Positions 1 through 16,089 of a DNA stretch of 64,000 bases are shown here, one piece after another. Source of the DNA: the human T2T-CHM13v2.0 reference genome, Homo sapiens; NCBI RefSeq assembly GCF_009914755.1, contig NC_060926.1, one strand, 5' to 3'. Every line of letters starts with the position of its first letter. Position 1 is the stretch's first letter. The notes under the pieces were generated by a model, which worked only from the letters and a program-made list of their open reading frames with translations, did no database searches and had not been told where the DNA came from. Made by a program: the position numbers and the translations under genes.

Positions 1-524
1 TGAATCTCCTAAGCTATAATGGGAATATTTAATATTCTACTTTAATAATAATGATTAATTTACCTGATCAAGGCGTACTATTTTTCAGATATCAAGAATA
101 ATATTCTTTAAGTTTGGTCTCAATACTTGAATGCTGTGAAGTCACACAGGCAGCGTGTTGCATACTTTAGAGACAAAGAATTCACTTCTCTTTTGCTACA
201 AAATCCCATCCTACTGCTGGTTGCTAGTGTGTTTTGGTGGTTGTGTCTTGTTTTCCCCTCCACTTCTGACTTGCTGCTCTTTAAGTTTGGGTTGCCAGAA
301 GAGACAGGTGGTGCATGAAGTTTACTTAAAACAGTGCCAATTTTAGCTCTGCAGCAAACATGGGTCAAATCAAGTGGAAACTGATGTTAGGATGGGAGAG
401 AAGTTGAGAGTTAGAAATGGGCATGATCTTTTTCATCCTTTGGATGCATTTTTAACATTTTCTCTTGTTGTGAGTGGATAATCAATGGGGACTTCTGAAA
501 TTTAGATTAACAAATTGTATTATG

Positions 525-700
525 GATATACTGTGTACCAGATACTGCAATACAATATCTCATTTAGTCTTTGTAACATTTCTATGTGGTAGCTAATATT
601 GTATACATTTTACAAATAAGGTATTCAAGGCTTACAGTAGTAAGCTGACCTATCCAAAATTGCATGTAGCTAAAAAACGACAAAGCTCAAGTATAAATAG
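525..700 (-). mobile_element. MIR SINE fragment
   Basis: Degenerate reverse MIR core (ctcatttagtctt...cattttacaaataagg...aggcttacag). Boundaries approximate. Confidence 0.55.
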
Positions 701-714
701 AACTGTAGTTACAT

Positions 715-933
715 CAGCAGTTGTCAACTAGGGGCAATTCTGCCCTCCAGGGGGGCATTTGCTAATGTACAGAGGAGACATTTTTGGTTTTCACAACTGG
801 GAAAAGGACAATATTGGCATCTGGTTTGTAGAGGCCTGGGATACTACTCAGTATCCTGCAACATACAGGACAAACCCCCAAACAAATAGCTGTTTAGCTC
901 TAAGTTTCCATGGTACTGAGTTTGACAAACTCC
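715..933 (+). mobile_element. MER20 (hAT-Charlie non-autonomous DNA transposon)
   Basis: cagcagttgtcaactaggggcaattctgccctccagggggcatttg...ggagacatttttggttttcacaactggg...gtagaggcc...gagtttgacaaactcc follows the recalled MER20 consensus end to end. Confidence 0.85.
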
Positions 934-1224
934 AAAACAGAGGTATTTGAACACTAAGCTCAATTTTTTTCTTATCACAACATTACTTTTTCTCTGAGGC
1001 TACTAATAATCCATCAAAGCAATAATGTGGAACACAGTTCTTGAGATACTGTGTAAGATACATTAAGAGGGATGGCTTGACCTGGGACTCAAAACAGAAA
1101 CTGCACAATGGAAAAATGTTACGTTATCATTTATGCATTTTTTAAGTGACCAGCCAGCTGTCTTTGGATAGACGGAGTTGAGCAGTTCAGATTCAACCCT
1201 TGCTTTCAAGTGAGAAGATAACCC

Positions 1225-1298
1225 ATATGTGTGCATGTATGTATACGTATGTATATATGTATACATATCTAAATATATATATAGAGAGATATATATAA
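1225..1298. repeat. (TA/TG)n low-complexity microsatellite
   Basis: atatgtgtgcatgtatgtatacgtatgtatatatgtatacatatctaaatatatatat. Confidence 0.8.
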
Positions 1299-1364
1299 GA
1301 AAAATAACTATATGGGTAACATATGCTGAGTGCATGTGTGGAGTAGGTAATAAATAATAAATGC

Positions 1365-1540
1365 TAACATTTAATGAATACTTACCATGTGACAAATGTA
1401 CCTATGAGGTAGATATTACTGTCATCTGCAATTTAGAATTGAAGTTTAGAAAGCTTAAGTAACTTTTCCAAACATCCCATATTAAGATGTAGAACTGATA
1501 TAAACCCAGGTATCTGGCCCCAGAATTTGTGTTCTTAATG
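1365..1540 (-). mobile_element. MIR SINE fragment
   Basis: cctatgaggtagatattact...gtttagaaagcttaagtaacttttccaa...aaacccaggtatctggccccagaa. Confidence 0.6.
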
Positions 1541-1889
1541 AGTATGTTATACCTACACTGCTACAGATGGCAACAGGAATTCATAGAAATTCTTCTATGA
1601 GAAGTCTACACTGACTCAAGATGGCTTGTAGGAAAAGGAGACCTTAATATATTTAGAGGAGTGGGAAGGCACTTCAGAGAAATGAGAAAGGCTAGGAGAT
1701 AGGTGCTTGTTGCATTTGGGAGACACTAGCTAGAGTGGACACCATGTAGGAACATGGAGATATAACTGCAGAGAAATCAAAGGCATGAGGCACACATTCA
1801 CACCTTACTCCTACTTCAATGAAAAGTTAAGGTATCCTGGTGTAACCTACATTGTCTTCATGTCACTATACCTCAAAACTCAAAAGCAC

Positions 1890-2130
1890 AATTAGATAGA
1901 AGGAACACAATCTAGTGTTCGGTAGCACAATAGGGGCAAATTTAGCAAACAATAATTTATTATGTATTTCGAATTAACTAGAGGAGTGAAGTTAAAATGT
2001 TCCTAACACAAAGAAATGACAAGTGCTTAAGGTGATGGATACCCCAATGACACTGATTAAATCATTACACATTGTATGTCTTCACATGTACCTCTTAAAC
2101 TTATAAACTATTATATATCCATAATAACTT
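1890..2130 (+). mobile_element. L1MA-type LINE 3' UTR fragment
   Basis: tagatagaaggaa...aacaataatttattatgtatttc...acacaaagaaatgacaagtgcttaaggtgatggatacccc...cattacacattgtatg. Confidence 0.75.
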
Positions 2131-2609
2131 AGAAATTTGAAAAGCCTTCAACATTTTTCCCATTTACTTCTTCCTTCCTAGCAAGGCTAATCCCTCTATG
2201 TGATCCCCCAAAATTCCCCTACATAGGAATCAGATCATAAACATTCCAATCCACCTGGCTCCCTCTTTGCTTCACACTGTTCACCTCCCATCTCCTGCTT
2301 CCTCTAAGGTCTTGTTCTGTCAGAATCTGTGTTGAGTTCATTGCAATAAACTCAGAGGCTAGCATAGTGTGCAATATAAAAATATGCTAAAATATGTTTG
2401 TCAAAATAACATATTTTTTTTCCGTGAACACCTTTCCTGCTGCCTGCAAACATGTATGGGTCTCCATGTCCAAACAAATTGTTCCTTTGATATAACTACT
2501 ATCTTAATTTCCTGGACTAAATCACTTTAAGGGCAAGTTTCTACTGCCAGAAAAGAGGTTACAAAAATGTTTGGGTCTTAGAACTTTTAGATTTTAGAAT
2601 TAGACCAAA

Positions 2610-2790
2610 GGTCTATAGACTGCAGACATAGTGGTTCCATCATTTAGTAATTGTATATTTGGGCAAGTTTCTCAACCTTTCTGTGCTTTAGTTTTCTCAT
2701 CTATAAAATGAGGATAATATGAATATATATCTCATAGGCTGATTATAAGGAAAAAATGGTGTTATATGTGAAAGTGCTTCATGCAGAAGA
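2610..2790 (+). mobile_element. MIR SINE
   Basis: Core match ttgggcaagtttctcaacctttctgtgctttagttttctcatctataaaatgaggataat. Confidence 0.75.
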
Positions 2791-3559
2791 ACGATCTGCT
2801 CTGTAAGAGCTAAGCTACTAAAACTTTTTGTTTCATTTTTAATATTAATAGTCCCCCAAGAAGTAGGGTACCCAAGAAGTAGGGTACCATGCCCATTGAG
2901 TTTGGGGTGTCAGGGAAGGAGGTGTAGTTCGAGAAGTCATCCACATCTGTAATTGCAGCTCAGAGTAAGGATATTCAGAGTAAGAATGTTATTTGTCAAG
3001 AATTAAGTGCTGGGTGGATGAGAGAGAAAGGTTCAGGCAATTTGAAAAGTCAAAGGCAGAAAAAAAGAGCATAAGGTATTTCCAAATCTTGATAGCATGA
3101 ATAGTAATGAAGCAAGGAAAAAAAGAGAAGAAAATGAAGATAATATGGCAGAAGAGCAAAACGAGCTGTGAAAGCAAAGCACCACAGTTAAAAACAAGAA
3201 AAGGAATTCGTTTTTTTTTTAATATCTTAATAGGACCTCAGTGTGAAGTGTGCTTTGTTTCTTAGTTCTAAAATTTACCCTTTCAAGATCAAATATTTAC
3301 TAAGCATCTTCTCTGTGCCAATCACATTCTCATTAACCATTTCTTTGACACTTAAGGATCCAGTAAATTAGATACTGTTATCCCTATTTTTAGATATGAG
3401 GAACTGAGGCTTTAAAAGTTAAATAAAATAATTAAAATAATTAGTAATTTGTGGGGTTAAGATTCAAACCTAATGGTTAGCTATTTTATATCTAGATATT
3501 TGATTACCTCATGTAATGAAGGAAAAATAATTGATATTCCAGGAGAAATAGAAGACTCA

Positions 3560-4230
3560 TATGTCATAATAATTTTATATTTATCCTTCTCCCACTTCCT
3601 GCAAAAACTTCTTAAGAGTCATCTACATCTCCTGACTTTATTACTTGCCTGTATTTATCTCTAGTCTGCTCCATTCTAGCTTCCACCAAAAGAACACCTC
3701 TGAACTGCTCTTGATCATGTAAAGTAGGTCTTCTGTATGTACATATTCAGTGGATACTATTGCTTCCACATCTTACCCTCTCAACAGTGGTCAAAATCGT
3801 TAACTATTTTCTCTTTCAGAAACATTTTCTTCCATTGTGGTGTGTGATGGCATAGTATTCTTGCCTCTCTGTAACTGCCCCCTTCTCATTTTTATGTCTG
3901 ATTTCAACTCCTTTAGCCAAGCTTTAATTGTCAGAGCTCTTTGGGGCAAAGTTCTAGGACCTCTTTGATTCTCACTCTTGGCTTATTTCCTAGAGATAAT
4001 GTTACCCACTCCCTTGGCCACTGTTACTCCATTTAACAAATTTCTTTCTCTAGCCTGCTAGTATCTCCATTCAAATGTTCATTCATACATCTTTTAAACT
4101 TTCTATATCCAAGATGGAACTCATTATGTTCCTCCAAAACCTTCTCCTGTTTCTGGTTTTCCAGTCTACTCCAAGTCACCATCTCATCTGTACCACAGCA
4201 ATAATGTCCTAGCCGATCTCTTTGTTTTTA
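3560..4230 (+). mobile_element. L2 LINE fragments
   Basis: Pyrimidine-rich L2-like text (ctaggacctctttgattctcactc, tccaagatggaactcattatgttcctccaaaacct). Highly diverged. Confidence 0.5.
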
Positions 4231-4479
4231 CGATGTTATACCACTGTAGGTTAGAAAGCAAAATTTTTCTAAGAGTAATAGGCTTTCTGAATTGAAAACG
4301 AAACTGAATTTTTTAAAAGATGAGTAACTATACTTCACTATTTTAAAGCTATTGTCCTGGTGTCCCCCTTTCATCCACAACAAATAAATTTGTAGAACAC
4401 AAAGAGCTAAAGATAATGCTTTTGACTCTATCTATTTTTTATAATTTTTAGAAGAAAAACACATAGCCTAATCTTTTTA

Positions 4480-4890
4480 TCATTTTATTTATTCAACAAA
4501 TATTTATTGATTGAACACTATATGCAAGACCTTATGCTAGGTGTTGAGAATTCAATGGTGAACATAGCACATATACTCTCTACTTTTTTGAAGTTTGAAA
4601 TCTGAATGGTGGAACATTTAACAAACAAATAAAATAATATATAGAATACTATACATTGACTGCTGTAAGGAAACAATAGGATGCTGTGATGTGTTGCATG
4701 AGAGATGACAGCTGATTTTTTTTATAATGGTTGGAAAATATATTTGTGAGGAAACGAATGTTCCATAAGAGCCAGTCAGGCAAATAAGGAAGAGTACTGC
4801 AAAAAGAGTGTATATGACATGCAATAATCCTGATATGGGAAAAAATAACCTATCTGAAGAACTAAAGATGAGCAATATGGTGAGTTAGGT
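4480..4890 (-). mobile_element. L2 3' end, continuing at ~5430-5790 after an MLT1 insertion
   Basis: attcaacaaatatttattgattgaacactatatgcaagac...gctaggtgttgag is the reverse of the L2 3' terminus. Confidence 0.65.
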
Positions 4891-4893
4891 CAA

Positions 4894-5427
4894 TGTGGTG
4901 GATTGAGCTATTAGCTCCAATTTTTCACTCTAATATCTGCATCCTTTGCCATGTAATAATGCATTTTCTTACCTAAAAGAGGAGTGTATCTCCATGCCTT
5001 TTGACTTTAGACTCAACGTAACTTTCTTTGATCAATGGAGTATGAATGGAAAAGGCAGTGTGCCAATTCTGAATGATCTTTGCAAACATTGCAAATTTTG
5101 TTTGGCTGGTTCCATGGCATGTCTGCCATCTCCATGATAAGGACATGCTGTGCCCAGCCCACTAGTGCAAGAAGGATAAGAGACATATGAAACAGAGCCA
5201 CCTGGCTGACTGGCAGATCAGCCAACTTTTTTCAGCTTCAAGCAAAACTACCCAGCAATGTCTACCTAGTCCAATCTACCCCCCTTCTATGGACATATGA
5301 GAAAGCCCAGCCAAGATTAGCAGAGCCACTTCAGCCAACCCACAGACATGTAAGAAATAATGCTTATTATTGCATGCCACTGAGATTTTATAGTTGTTTA
5401 TTATGCAGCAATAGCTGTCCAATATGA
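4894..5427 (+). mobile_element. MLT1 (G/H-type) MaLR solo LTR
   Basis: Starts tgtggtggattga and ends gccactgagattttatagttgtttattatgcagcaatagctg, a typical MLT1 3' end. Confidence 0.7.
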
Positions 5428-5947
5428 CAAGGTAGGAAAGACAAAATTAGGCCTCATTGAAAATTGCAATATGTTCTGATGAACCAGAAATGAAGATCAA
5501 GTTACAATGGCTAGGGAGGTAAAAAAGAAAAAAATAACAATTACATCTAACATCATGGAAGCCAAGACAGAAAAGTAAGTCAGAAAAGAGGAGTGTTCAA
5601 CTATGGCAATCTAAGTCTAATGAATGAAATAAAAACTGATAAATGCCCACTGGATTTGGAAAACATTTGTGGCTTTGACAAGGTAATTAACTTGAATGGT
5701 AGAGAAAAAACTTGGATGGATTGAGATGAAGAGTAAATGGGAACAGAAGTAGAGATTTTATCTATAGACAATTTCCTCAGGAGATATATTTGCTCTCAAT
5801 CTTAAACAGGACAAATCTTTCTCTCCAACACATAATACGGGAATTAGCTTCCAGTCATGTTACTTGAATTGAAATTCAACAGTACTTTTAGATTTCTTCA
5901 GGAGTCTAAGTAGTTTCTTAAGAGAGTGTCATTCACTGCCAAACAAA

Positions 5948-6021
5948 CAATACTAACATGTATGCATATTGTGATTTATTGTTGTGATAATAAATCACAA
6001 TATAAATACATGTTAATATTG
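5948..6021. repeat. AT-rich inverted repeat (33-bp arms, 3 mismatches, 8-nt loop)
   Basis: caatactaacatgtatgcatattgtgatttatt-gttgtgat-aataaatcacaatataaatacatgttaatattg. Confidence 0.9.
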
Positions 6022-7119
6022 CTAATTCGATTTGTACAACAATGAAGAAAACTTGATATACTTTACTATCTATGTTAAACAAAGTATCTGTTTGATCATT
6101 TTTACAATATTATGAATGAAAGAGAAAATCTATCTCAGAAAAAAAAACAGCAAAAGACAAACTAGGATTTTCACAGATTGATAAAACTATATATGGAAGA
6201 AACAGTAAACAGTGAAAAACCCTGTAGACAGATGCTTAGATTAGTTTAAAAACAATAGATGTGAGAGGTAGTTTGTAAATAAAGCGATATGATCAAAACA
6301 ATAACCATACAGACTGCTCTATCAAAATGAACAGCCACAAATTTAAGAAGAATTTGCATTCTGTATCTAATAGGCTTTTAGCATATAGCACATTCAAAAT
6401 GAAAAATTAACAGAACAAAATGTCTTGTTTTTATTAGATAATATTTTCTCATTAAAATTCCAAGAACAAGATTGAATACTATTACAAATATATTTTATGT
6501 GGGAAAATATATACATTAAGGTGCCAAAGCATACCCAGGCAGTTGGTGACATTTTTTTTTTTTGCTTTGAATCACAAAACTTTTATATTTCTGCCAAAAC
6601 AAGGAATCTTTTTAGGATGGCATATCTCCAGTTAGATAGTTATTTTGTCAGCTTGCATGCTAAAAAGGTAGATTTTTACACCTTTGGAAATCAGATGTAA
6701 GCTCAAATCTGATACCTAACAGATGAACGATGTTCTCATAATTGAATAAAGAAAATGATCAAACTCCTGCATGCAGCTACCTAAAATATCACATACCCAC
6801 TAACCAACATACATCAGCACAAAAGCAAGGATGTGATGATGAGAGACTCAAGAGAAAGTGATAGAAGACAAATATTCACAGGGTTGGATTGCAAATACCC
6901 TGGGCAGAATAATAATTTGATATCCCTTTTGATTCATATTCTTTATGTATTTTTTCAACATTTATTTAGGGAAGTGAGGATGAGCATCTGTTAGAAATAG
7001 TTTACTTGTTTGTTTTTCACCTGGAGGGATGATCTAAAGAAGTGAGAGTGAAACTAGTCTAATAATAACGATCTTTATAAGGAGAGCAATGATAACAAAC
7101 AGTATTTTCTTCTGTTCTT

Positions 7120-7447
7120 AGTACCAATGGCTTTGCACTGCTTGAATCTCTCTTCAAGAGAATTTGCTGCAGAGACCATAATTGGCTGAGTTTTCAGTGC
7201 ACTTTTAATCCACCATTACAGCCACACCGTGGTCATGCTTCCCTTAGGCTGCTTACAGCAATGACTGACAATGGCAGAACTACCACAGCCAGCCATTTTT
7301 GACTGACATGGAACTCCTCCAGGAAAACCTTTTCTGAAGACTCCTCATTATTTTAGCCTAGATTTTCAATTCCAATTCAGTCTGAAGCTCTCCTGATGCA
7401 CTCCTCTTTTCTTCCCTCACTCCTTTTATAGGTGTCAAGCCTGTACT
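7120..7447 (+). mobile_element. LTR16A-like ERVL LTR (partial)
   Basis: cagtctgaagctctcc...tcttccctcactccttttataggtgtcaagcctg resembles LTR16A and directly precedes ERVL pol. Confidence 0.55.
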
Positions 7448-8644
7448 CAGAAAATAGGAAAAGAAATAATTTGAATTCACATGGAATGGACAAAAATATT
7501 CATTTTACAGTTTTGCCCGAGGGTTATATAAACTCTCTGGTTGTCTTTCATAATATAGTTTGAAGAGATCTGTACCTTTTGGACATTCTGTCGAATGTGG
7601 CATTTCTTTGCTAATCATTGACATCATCATTTCACTTAGGACATCATGGTGATCAAGAGAGAATGAGCATGAAGAGGTTAGAACATGGGAGGACTTGGTA
7701 AGACACATGTATTAAATGAGTAGAGATTAAGCCCTAGGAAAGTTGAGAAATTCAGAGACTTTCCATTTAGTTAAAAATGTTAGAAGATCCATGGTAGAGG
7801 GCATGTCAGGTTATTCCCTCCAAAGTAAAAGACCAATTGCTGCATCTTACATCCTCTATCACAGAGAAGGAGGCACAGAATCTGCTAGGCCTCTTCAAGT
7901 TCTGGAGTCAACACATTTCAATCCTAGGAATATTGCTCAAACCTCCATACTGTGTTATATGGAAGGCTGCCAGTGTTGAGTGGGGTCTTGAGTAGGAAAC
8001 GGCAGCACAGAAGGCCCAGATTGTCTCTTGGGCCATAATATCTGGAAGATCCTATAATATTGGAAATATAAGCGATGGGAAAAGATTCAGTGTGGAATTT
8101 ATGACAAGCCCAAGTTACTAGCAATGCAGACTTCTGAGATGCTGAAGCAAAGCCATGCCATTCACAGTGGATAATGTTGCACTTTTTCAAAAAACAGCTC
8201 CTAGCATGTTGCTGGGTCCTTATAAGAGAGGAATGCTTGACCACTGACTCTGTACCAAATGACTGTGTGTCTAGAACTTTGCTTACATGAGATGACCTTT
8301 GTTGGACCCATCAAACCACAAAGGTGAACAGGCCCATCAGCAGTCCATCAGAAAATGGAAATGGTACATCAGATTTGAGCTTGAGGAGGATTGGAGCAAG
8401 TAAGCTGCATGAGCAGATGGTCCAACCTACATATCACTCACCAAGGTGCACAAGAATCCAACCTCCAGCCCACTCACATGGTCCCATGGAGCAGGGAAAA
8501 GCATCTCAAATGGCAAGCTGAGAGACTATGAAGGAGCTCAAGCCTGGTTTACTAACGAGTCAACATGGCATATGGTGCCAGCTTAAAATGAATGGTAGCT
8601 GCAGTACTACCACTTTCAGGAATGACCTTGAAAAGCAGTGGGGA
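7448..8644 (+). pseudogene. Degenerate ERVL-class (HERV16/ERV3-16A3-like) pol relic, RT to RNase H
   Basis: ttcacatggaatggacaaaaatat reads FTWNGQKY and tttacagttttgcccgagggttatataaactct reads FTVLPEGYINS (LPQG motif). A WFT(D/N)-like RNase H start lies near 8545. Many stops and frameshifts. Confidence 0.8.
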
Positions 8645-9071
8645 TGGAGGTAGTCAGCTTGGGCTGCCATAACAAAATACCATAGACTGGGTGGCTTAAA
8701 CCACAGAAAATGTTAGTATTTATTATTTACTTATTTTCTCTTAGTTCTTTAGGCTGGAAGTCCAAGATCCCTGAAGTAATATGGTTGGGTTCTGATAGGG
8801 CCCTGTTCCTAACTGGCAGATGGTCACCTTCTCATTGCACACTCATATAGCCTTTCCTTGGTTTATATGCTTGGAGAGAGAGAGAGAGCGTGCTCTTTCT
8901 TTTCCTCCTCTTATAAGGCCAACAATCCTATTGAATTAGGACCTTGCCCTGATGACTTCATTTAACTTAAGTTACCTCCTAAAAGCCCTATCTCCAAATA
9001 CAGTCACATTGAAGTTTAGGGCTTCAACATATGAATTTGCAGAGGGAGAGGCCACAATTCAGTCCATAGCA
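8645..9071 (-). mobile_element. MLT1A-type MaLR solo LTR inserted in ERVL pol
   Basis: gggctgccataacaaaataccatagactgggtggcttaaa...tctccaaatacagtcacatt...cagtccatagca. Near-TSD gggga/ggtga. Confidence 0.85.
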
Positions 9072-9242
9072 GGTGATAAGGAGAAATACGTGTGGAACCC
9101 AGCTGATCCTAATTATAACTGAAATGGACATATGCAGCAACATTGGCTTGGGAAGTTAGGGATGTCTAACTTTAAAAACAATTGATTCTAAAGTAAATAA
9201 AATATGAAAATATTATATTAATATCTGATGACATATGACTGT

Positions 9243-9532
9243 TTTTAGATAGGGTCTTGTTCTGTCACCCAGGCTGGAGTACCATGGAGCTCACTGCAGC
9301 TTTGAACTCTTGGGCTCAGGTGATCTTCCCATCTCAGTCTCCCAAGTAGCAAGGACTACAGGTACTGCACCACCACTCCTGGCTAATTTACTGTTATTGT
9401 TACTATTATTACTAGAGAGAGGGTTTCACTATGTTGCCCAGGTTGGTCTTGAACTCCTGGCCTAACATAACCTCCTGTGTTGGCCTTCAAAAGTGCAAAG
9501 ATTACAGGCATGAGTCACTATTTATGGTCTGG
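9243..9532 (-). mobile_element. Alu, old (AluJ-like)
   Basis: agatagggtcttgttctgtcacccaggctggagt...tgttgcccaggttggtcttgaactcctggcct...attacaggcatgag. Diverged. Confidence 0.85.
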
Positions 9533-11058
9533 AATATGATTTTTTAGGGTTACACCTACTGGGAATATATTCATACCCCATTACCTACCAAGTTACAGTA
9601 TTGTTATACTACCATTTTAAGTTAGATTTGCAATAAATGTCTTATTTATGTATTTATTGAACTGAATTAAACTTAGCAGAGATTCAATGGTGGACCTTCA
9701 TCTTGTCCGCTGCTGAGAAATTAGAACTCCAGTACCTCAGAGGTTCCATTTATTTTTTTTTCGGGGTTAGGTAAAATGCCATACTTTTCTAGAGAATGGG
9801 CGTAGTAAACAAAAAAAAAAATCTTCAGTCTACAAATCACCTTTAATATGTTGTACTTGTAGTTGTTTCCTCATAGCCTTAAGCTGATGACCCCAGATGT
9901 CCCTCAGGCATCACACAGTGAACATATACATTTGAAGATTACGATCTATTTCTGGAGGCAGAGGTTCCTGCAAAGGGGGATGTTGGGAATATAGCATGGT
10001 GAATCATGCTGTATCACAAAGCCAAACAACAAAATCCATCCAATTATAGGTCTCCTCACAGGTCTTCAGTACTTATCTAAAACACAAGGGCATTTCCTGC
10101 TCACTGGAGTTTGGGCAGTATTGATTTTTTTCTTCTAAAATGTTTACTGATTTAGAAATTTTCACAGTATAAAGCATTAATGTGAGAGTTGACTATGTCT
10201 TGTCTCTAAAATTCTTAAAAGCCACAACTATTAAAAATATGATATACTTGTCATAGCAAAGGATGATGGGGAAACTCAAAGATATTTTGAGTAAAACAAA
10301 TTACAAAAGTTCAATTTCCTTCAGAGGAATAAATAGCCATTACAGTTTATGCAAAGCATACAAGGTTTACATTTACTCAAATTGTGCTTTGAGAGGGAAG
10401 AAATCTGTTATAGATAGAAAGCTATCAATTTCTAAATTCATAACATTAGCCCTTGTGAATATTAAGCAAATCATCAGAAATTCTGAACTTATTCTGAGAG
10501 AAGAACAGCATTATGTAGCAGAAGCAAGTGGTCCACAAATTAAAGTTTGCAAGAATATCTTATTTATTTATTTTCTTTAACCTAGTTAAAGTCAGTGCAG
10601 GTCAGTGAAGAACCCTCATTTAGTTGTCCTGCTGGGAAACTTCAATTATTTTTGGTGTCTCCTTTACTGCAGAGAGTAATATAAAATACCACAGGTCTCA
10701 TACAGCACATTTGGGGGCAGCCTCTCTGGTTTTCTACTCATGCCAGTTATCCTGGGGATGCCCATTTGTTCTGGCCAGCAGCATCTCTTGAAGTCCTTAC
10801 AATCCACTGTTCCAGTAGAACGCATGCAGGTGAACATTAGTCCTTTCTGCCTTGAATGGAATGGCAAATAATAAAGAAATTTCACCTATTGTGGCCCCAA
10901 TGTGTGGTGGCAAAAAAGACAGACATGTGAACAATGTAGAAAGATGAGGCACCCGTGTGTCTTGCTTTCTGTCTGTAAAGGTGGGAAATGAAAGGTGTGA
11001 AAAACAGAATAGGAGAAACACCATCAAATGAGAGCAGGACTACAAATCATTGACACTA

Positions 11059-13779
<2,721 letters not shown>

Positions 13780-16062
13780 AAATCATTGACACTAGTGAGT
13801 GGCCTATTTTCCTGGGAAAGCTGTGAACTAAACATAGTCCAACACAGTCGCATCTATTATGATGTGGCAGTATTGCACAGCACTGCCACAAGGAAATGCC
13901 TAGAAAAATCTTTTGAGCTGTTTCTGGGTTCCAAGCCCTGTGTGAAGCATGAGGAATTCAGGTGGTCCTGTGTGCCTTCGTTGAAGAGCCACAGAGAAAC
14001 TAAGAAAGTTGGTGAGACTGCAGAGGCCTGGATGAGGACAAAGCAGCCACCAAGTGTGAGGACTTTCTGACCAAGGACGAGCGGTCCTTAGAAGACTTCA
14101 GTGGCTGAATAGGGCCAACCTCACCTCAGCAATCACCAGTCCAGAGAGCAGCCCAGACTAACCATACCACAGCATTTGCCACGGAACATCCAAAGGCACA
14201 AAGTGAATTAAAGGCCCAGCCCTCGTTCTCCATTTTCTTCAGATACAACATCATATAACCCCTAGTTTTCATTTTATCTAAAATCTACCTAGGAAAGCAG
14301 TAGGGAGAAAAAAGGAAAAATCTTCAAGACATGTTTTGACCTGAAACAAAATAGACTAAAATATCAAATTGAATTGCATTTACCAGACTGAACTACATTT
14401 ATGTAGAATTTTTTTCTGGACTGGATGGATGTATATGTAATGTGGTGATGAAATGCTCTTAAGGAAGGTTAAATAAATTAGCGGAAATGAGCAAGGTATT
14501 TTTCTGGGCACATCAGACTATAAAGTATAAATTTGTGATCTTGTCAACAATAACATGAAACTCTAGGATGAAACAATGACCTTGAGTGACCAATATAAGG
14601 CCAACTTAGGAATATATAATTTGTTTGTTTGTGACGCCTTCTCCTCTCTTGACAATCCCTTATTAAAGAGAATGCTTTACATCCTTCTTTTAATGTAATT
14701 TGTGCTAATCGGGAGCATTTCCAGTAATGGATAAAAATGTCACCCATTCCAGGAGTACTCACATTTACTAGTGAACATCTTAGATGTGGAATGCCTGTAA
14801 GCCAGAGAAATGAATGTTCAATTTAATGAAAGAAACTATGAGCACTTGGTTAGCAACAGTAAAAATTACTGACACTTATAGAGCATTCGGTGTGTTCATG
14901 AACTGAACTAAAAGCTTCACATCATTGTTTTTGATAGGTTTATGAGTTTATAACAGCAAGGTTGGATTAAGATATTTGGAGTAGAAGATCAACCTGTTAT
15001 ATTCAATTCATACCACTTGGTGGTGATGAACTGCAATGCAGTCGTCTGTGCCTTAGGTAGCCTTATTTGTGCCAAGTTTGCATAAGGGACCAGTTTGTGG
15101 TTATGTGCTATGCTCTCCAGCCACCTGGTTACCTAACGGGCAAAGAAAAATGGGTGTGATGAAAGCCTTTGTCAGGTATAAATTCAAATATTTCTTCCAA
15201 TTCTTTCAACCTTCATTAAGGAAAAAAGATGTGGGACAGTTAAGGAGATAATTTGATTCAGGCTATTGCGATAGAGAAAATGTTCATTAATAAAGAACAA
15301 AGAGTCAGGTAAACAAGAAAATAATTATCAAGTCTGATGGGAGTACTGAAGAACAGAGATTGCTCAAATCTGAGTCATTGAAGAAAGGTGGGGGTTAAGG
15401 AGAGTGGTTTTTTTTGTTTGTTTGTATTTTGTTTTTTGTTTTGGAATATGAGAGAGACAGAATGTCCTTTGTGGTTAGGTTAGCCATTTCTTGAAACAAA
15501 GTAGTGAGGAGATTTCAGAAAAGAAAATGGTAGGAGGATTTCTTAACTGTCTTAACAGTCTTCTAGAAGTGCATGGCTCACATAAAGATTAACATCGTCA
15601 CTTCCTGCATACTAATGAAACAAAGCTATGGGGAAAAATAATATTATAACACAGTATACATTTATAGCAATTTCCCTAATGTTCTTGAAATCTTGATTAA
15701 TCTGCTTGAGCAACAGTACATTCTGTCATTAACAGGATTTTTGTCTTTCTAGCAGAATATGAAAGAAATTCAAATGGCATTTATGACACACAGAATTCGT
15801 ATTGTCATAGAGCATTTGTCGATTTTAAGAGTAAACTAAAAGTATAGTAAAAGAGCATAGTATAATATAAATAAGAACAAGGATCTAAAAGAGAATGGAG
15901 ACTCAAATTTGAGGAAAGATAAATTAAAATTAAAAGGAAGAAATAAAGGTGGAGAATGGGGCAAACCCATTGCCAAAAATGGGTTTCCCTTTATTTAGTT
16001 CTATACTCCATTGTATTAAGTAATCTTCATTGAACCATTTGCAACTTCATTCCTAAATGTGC

Positions 16063-16089
16063 AAAAAAAAAAAAAAAAAAAAGAAAAAA
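16063..16089. repeat. poly(A) tract
   Basis: About 20 A followed by gaaaaaa. Confidence 0.9.

Noticed and set aside
1581-1600. Small inverted repeat tcatagaa-attc-ttctatga
   Set aside because: 8-bp AT-rich arms are expected by chance in 64 kb.
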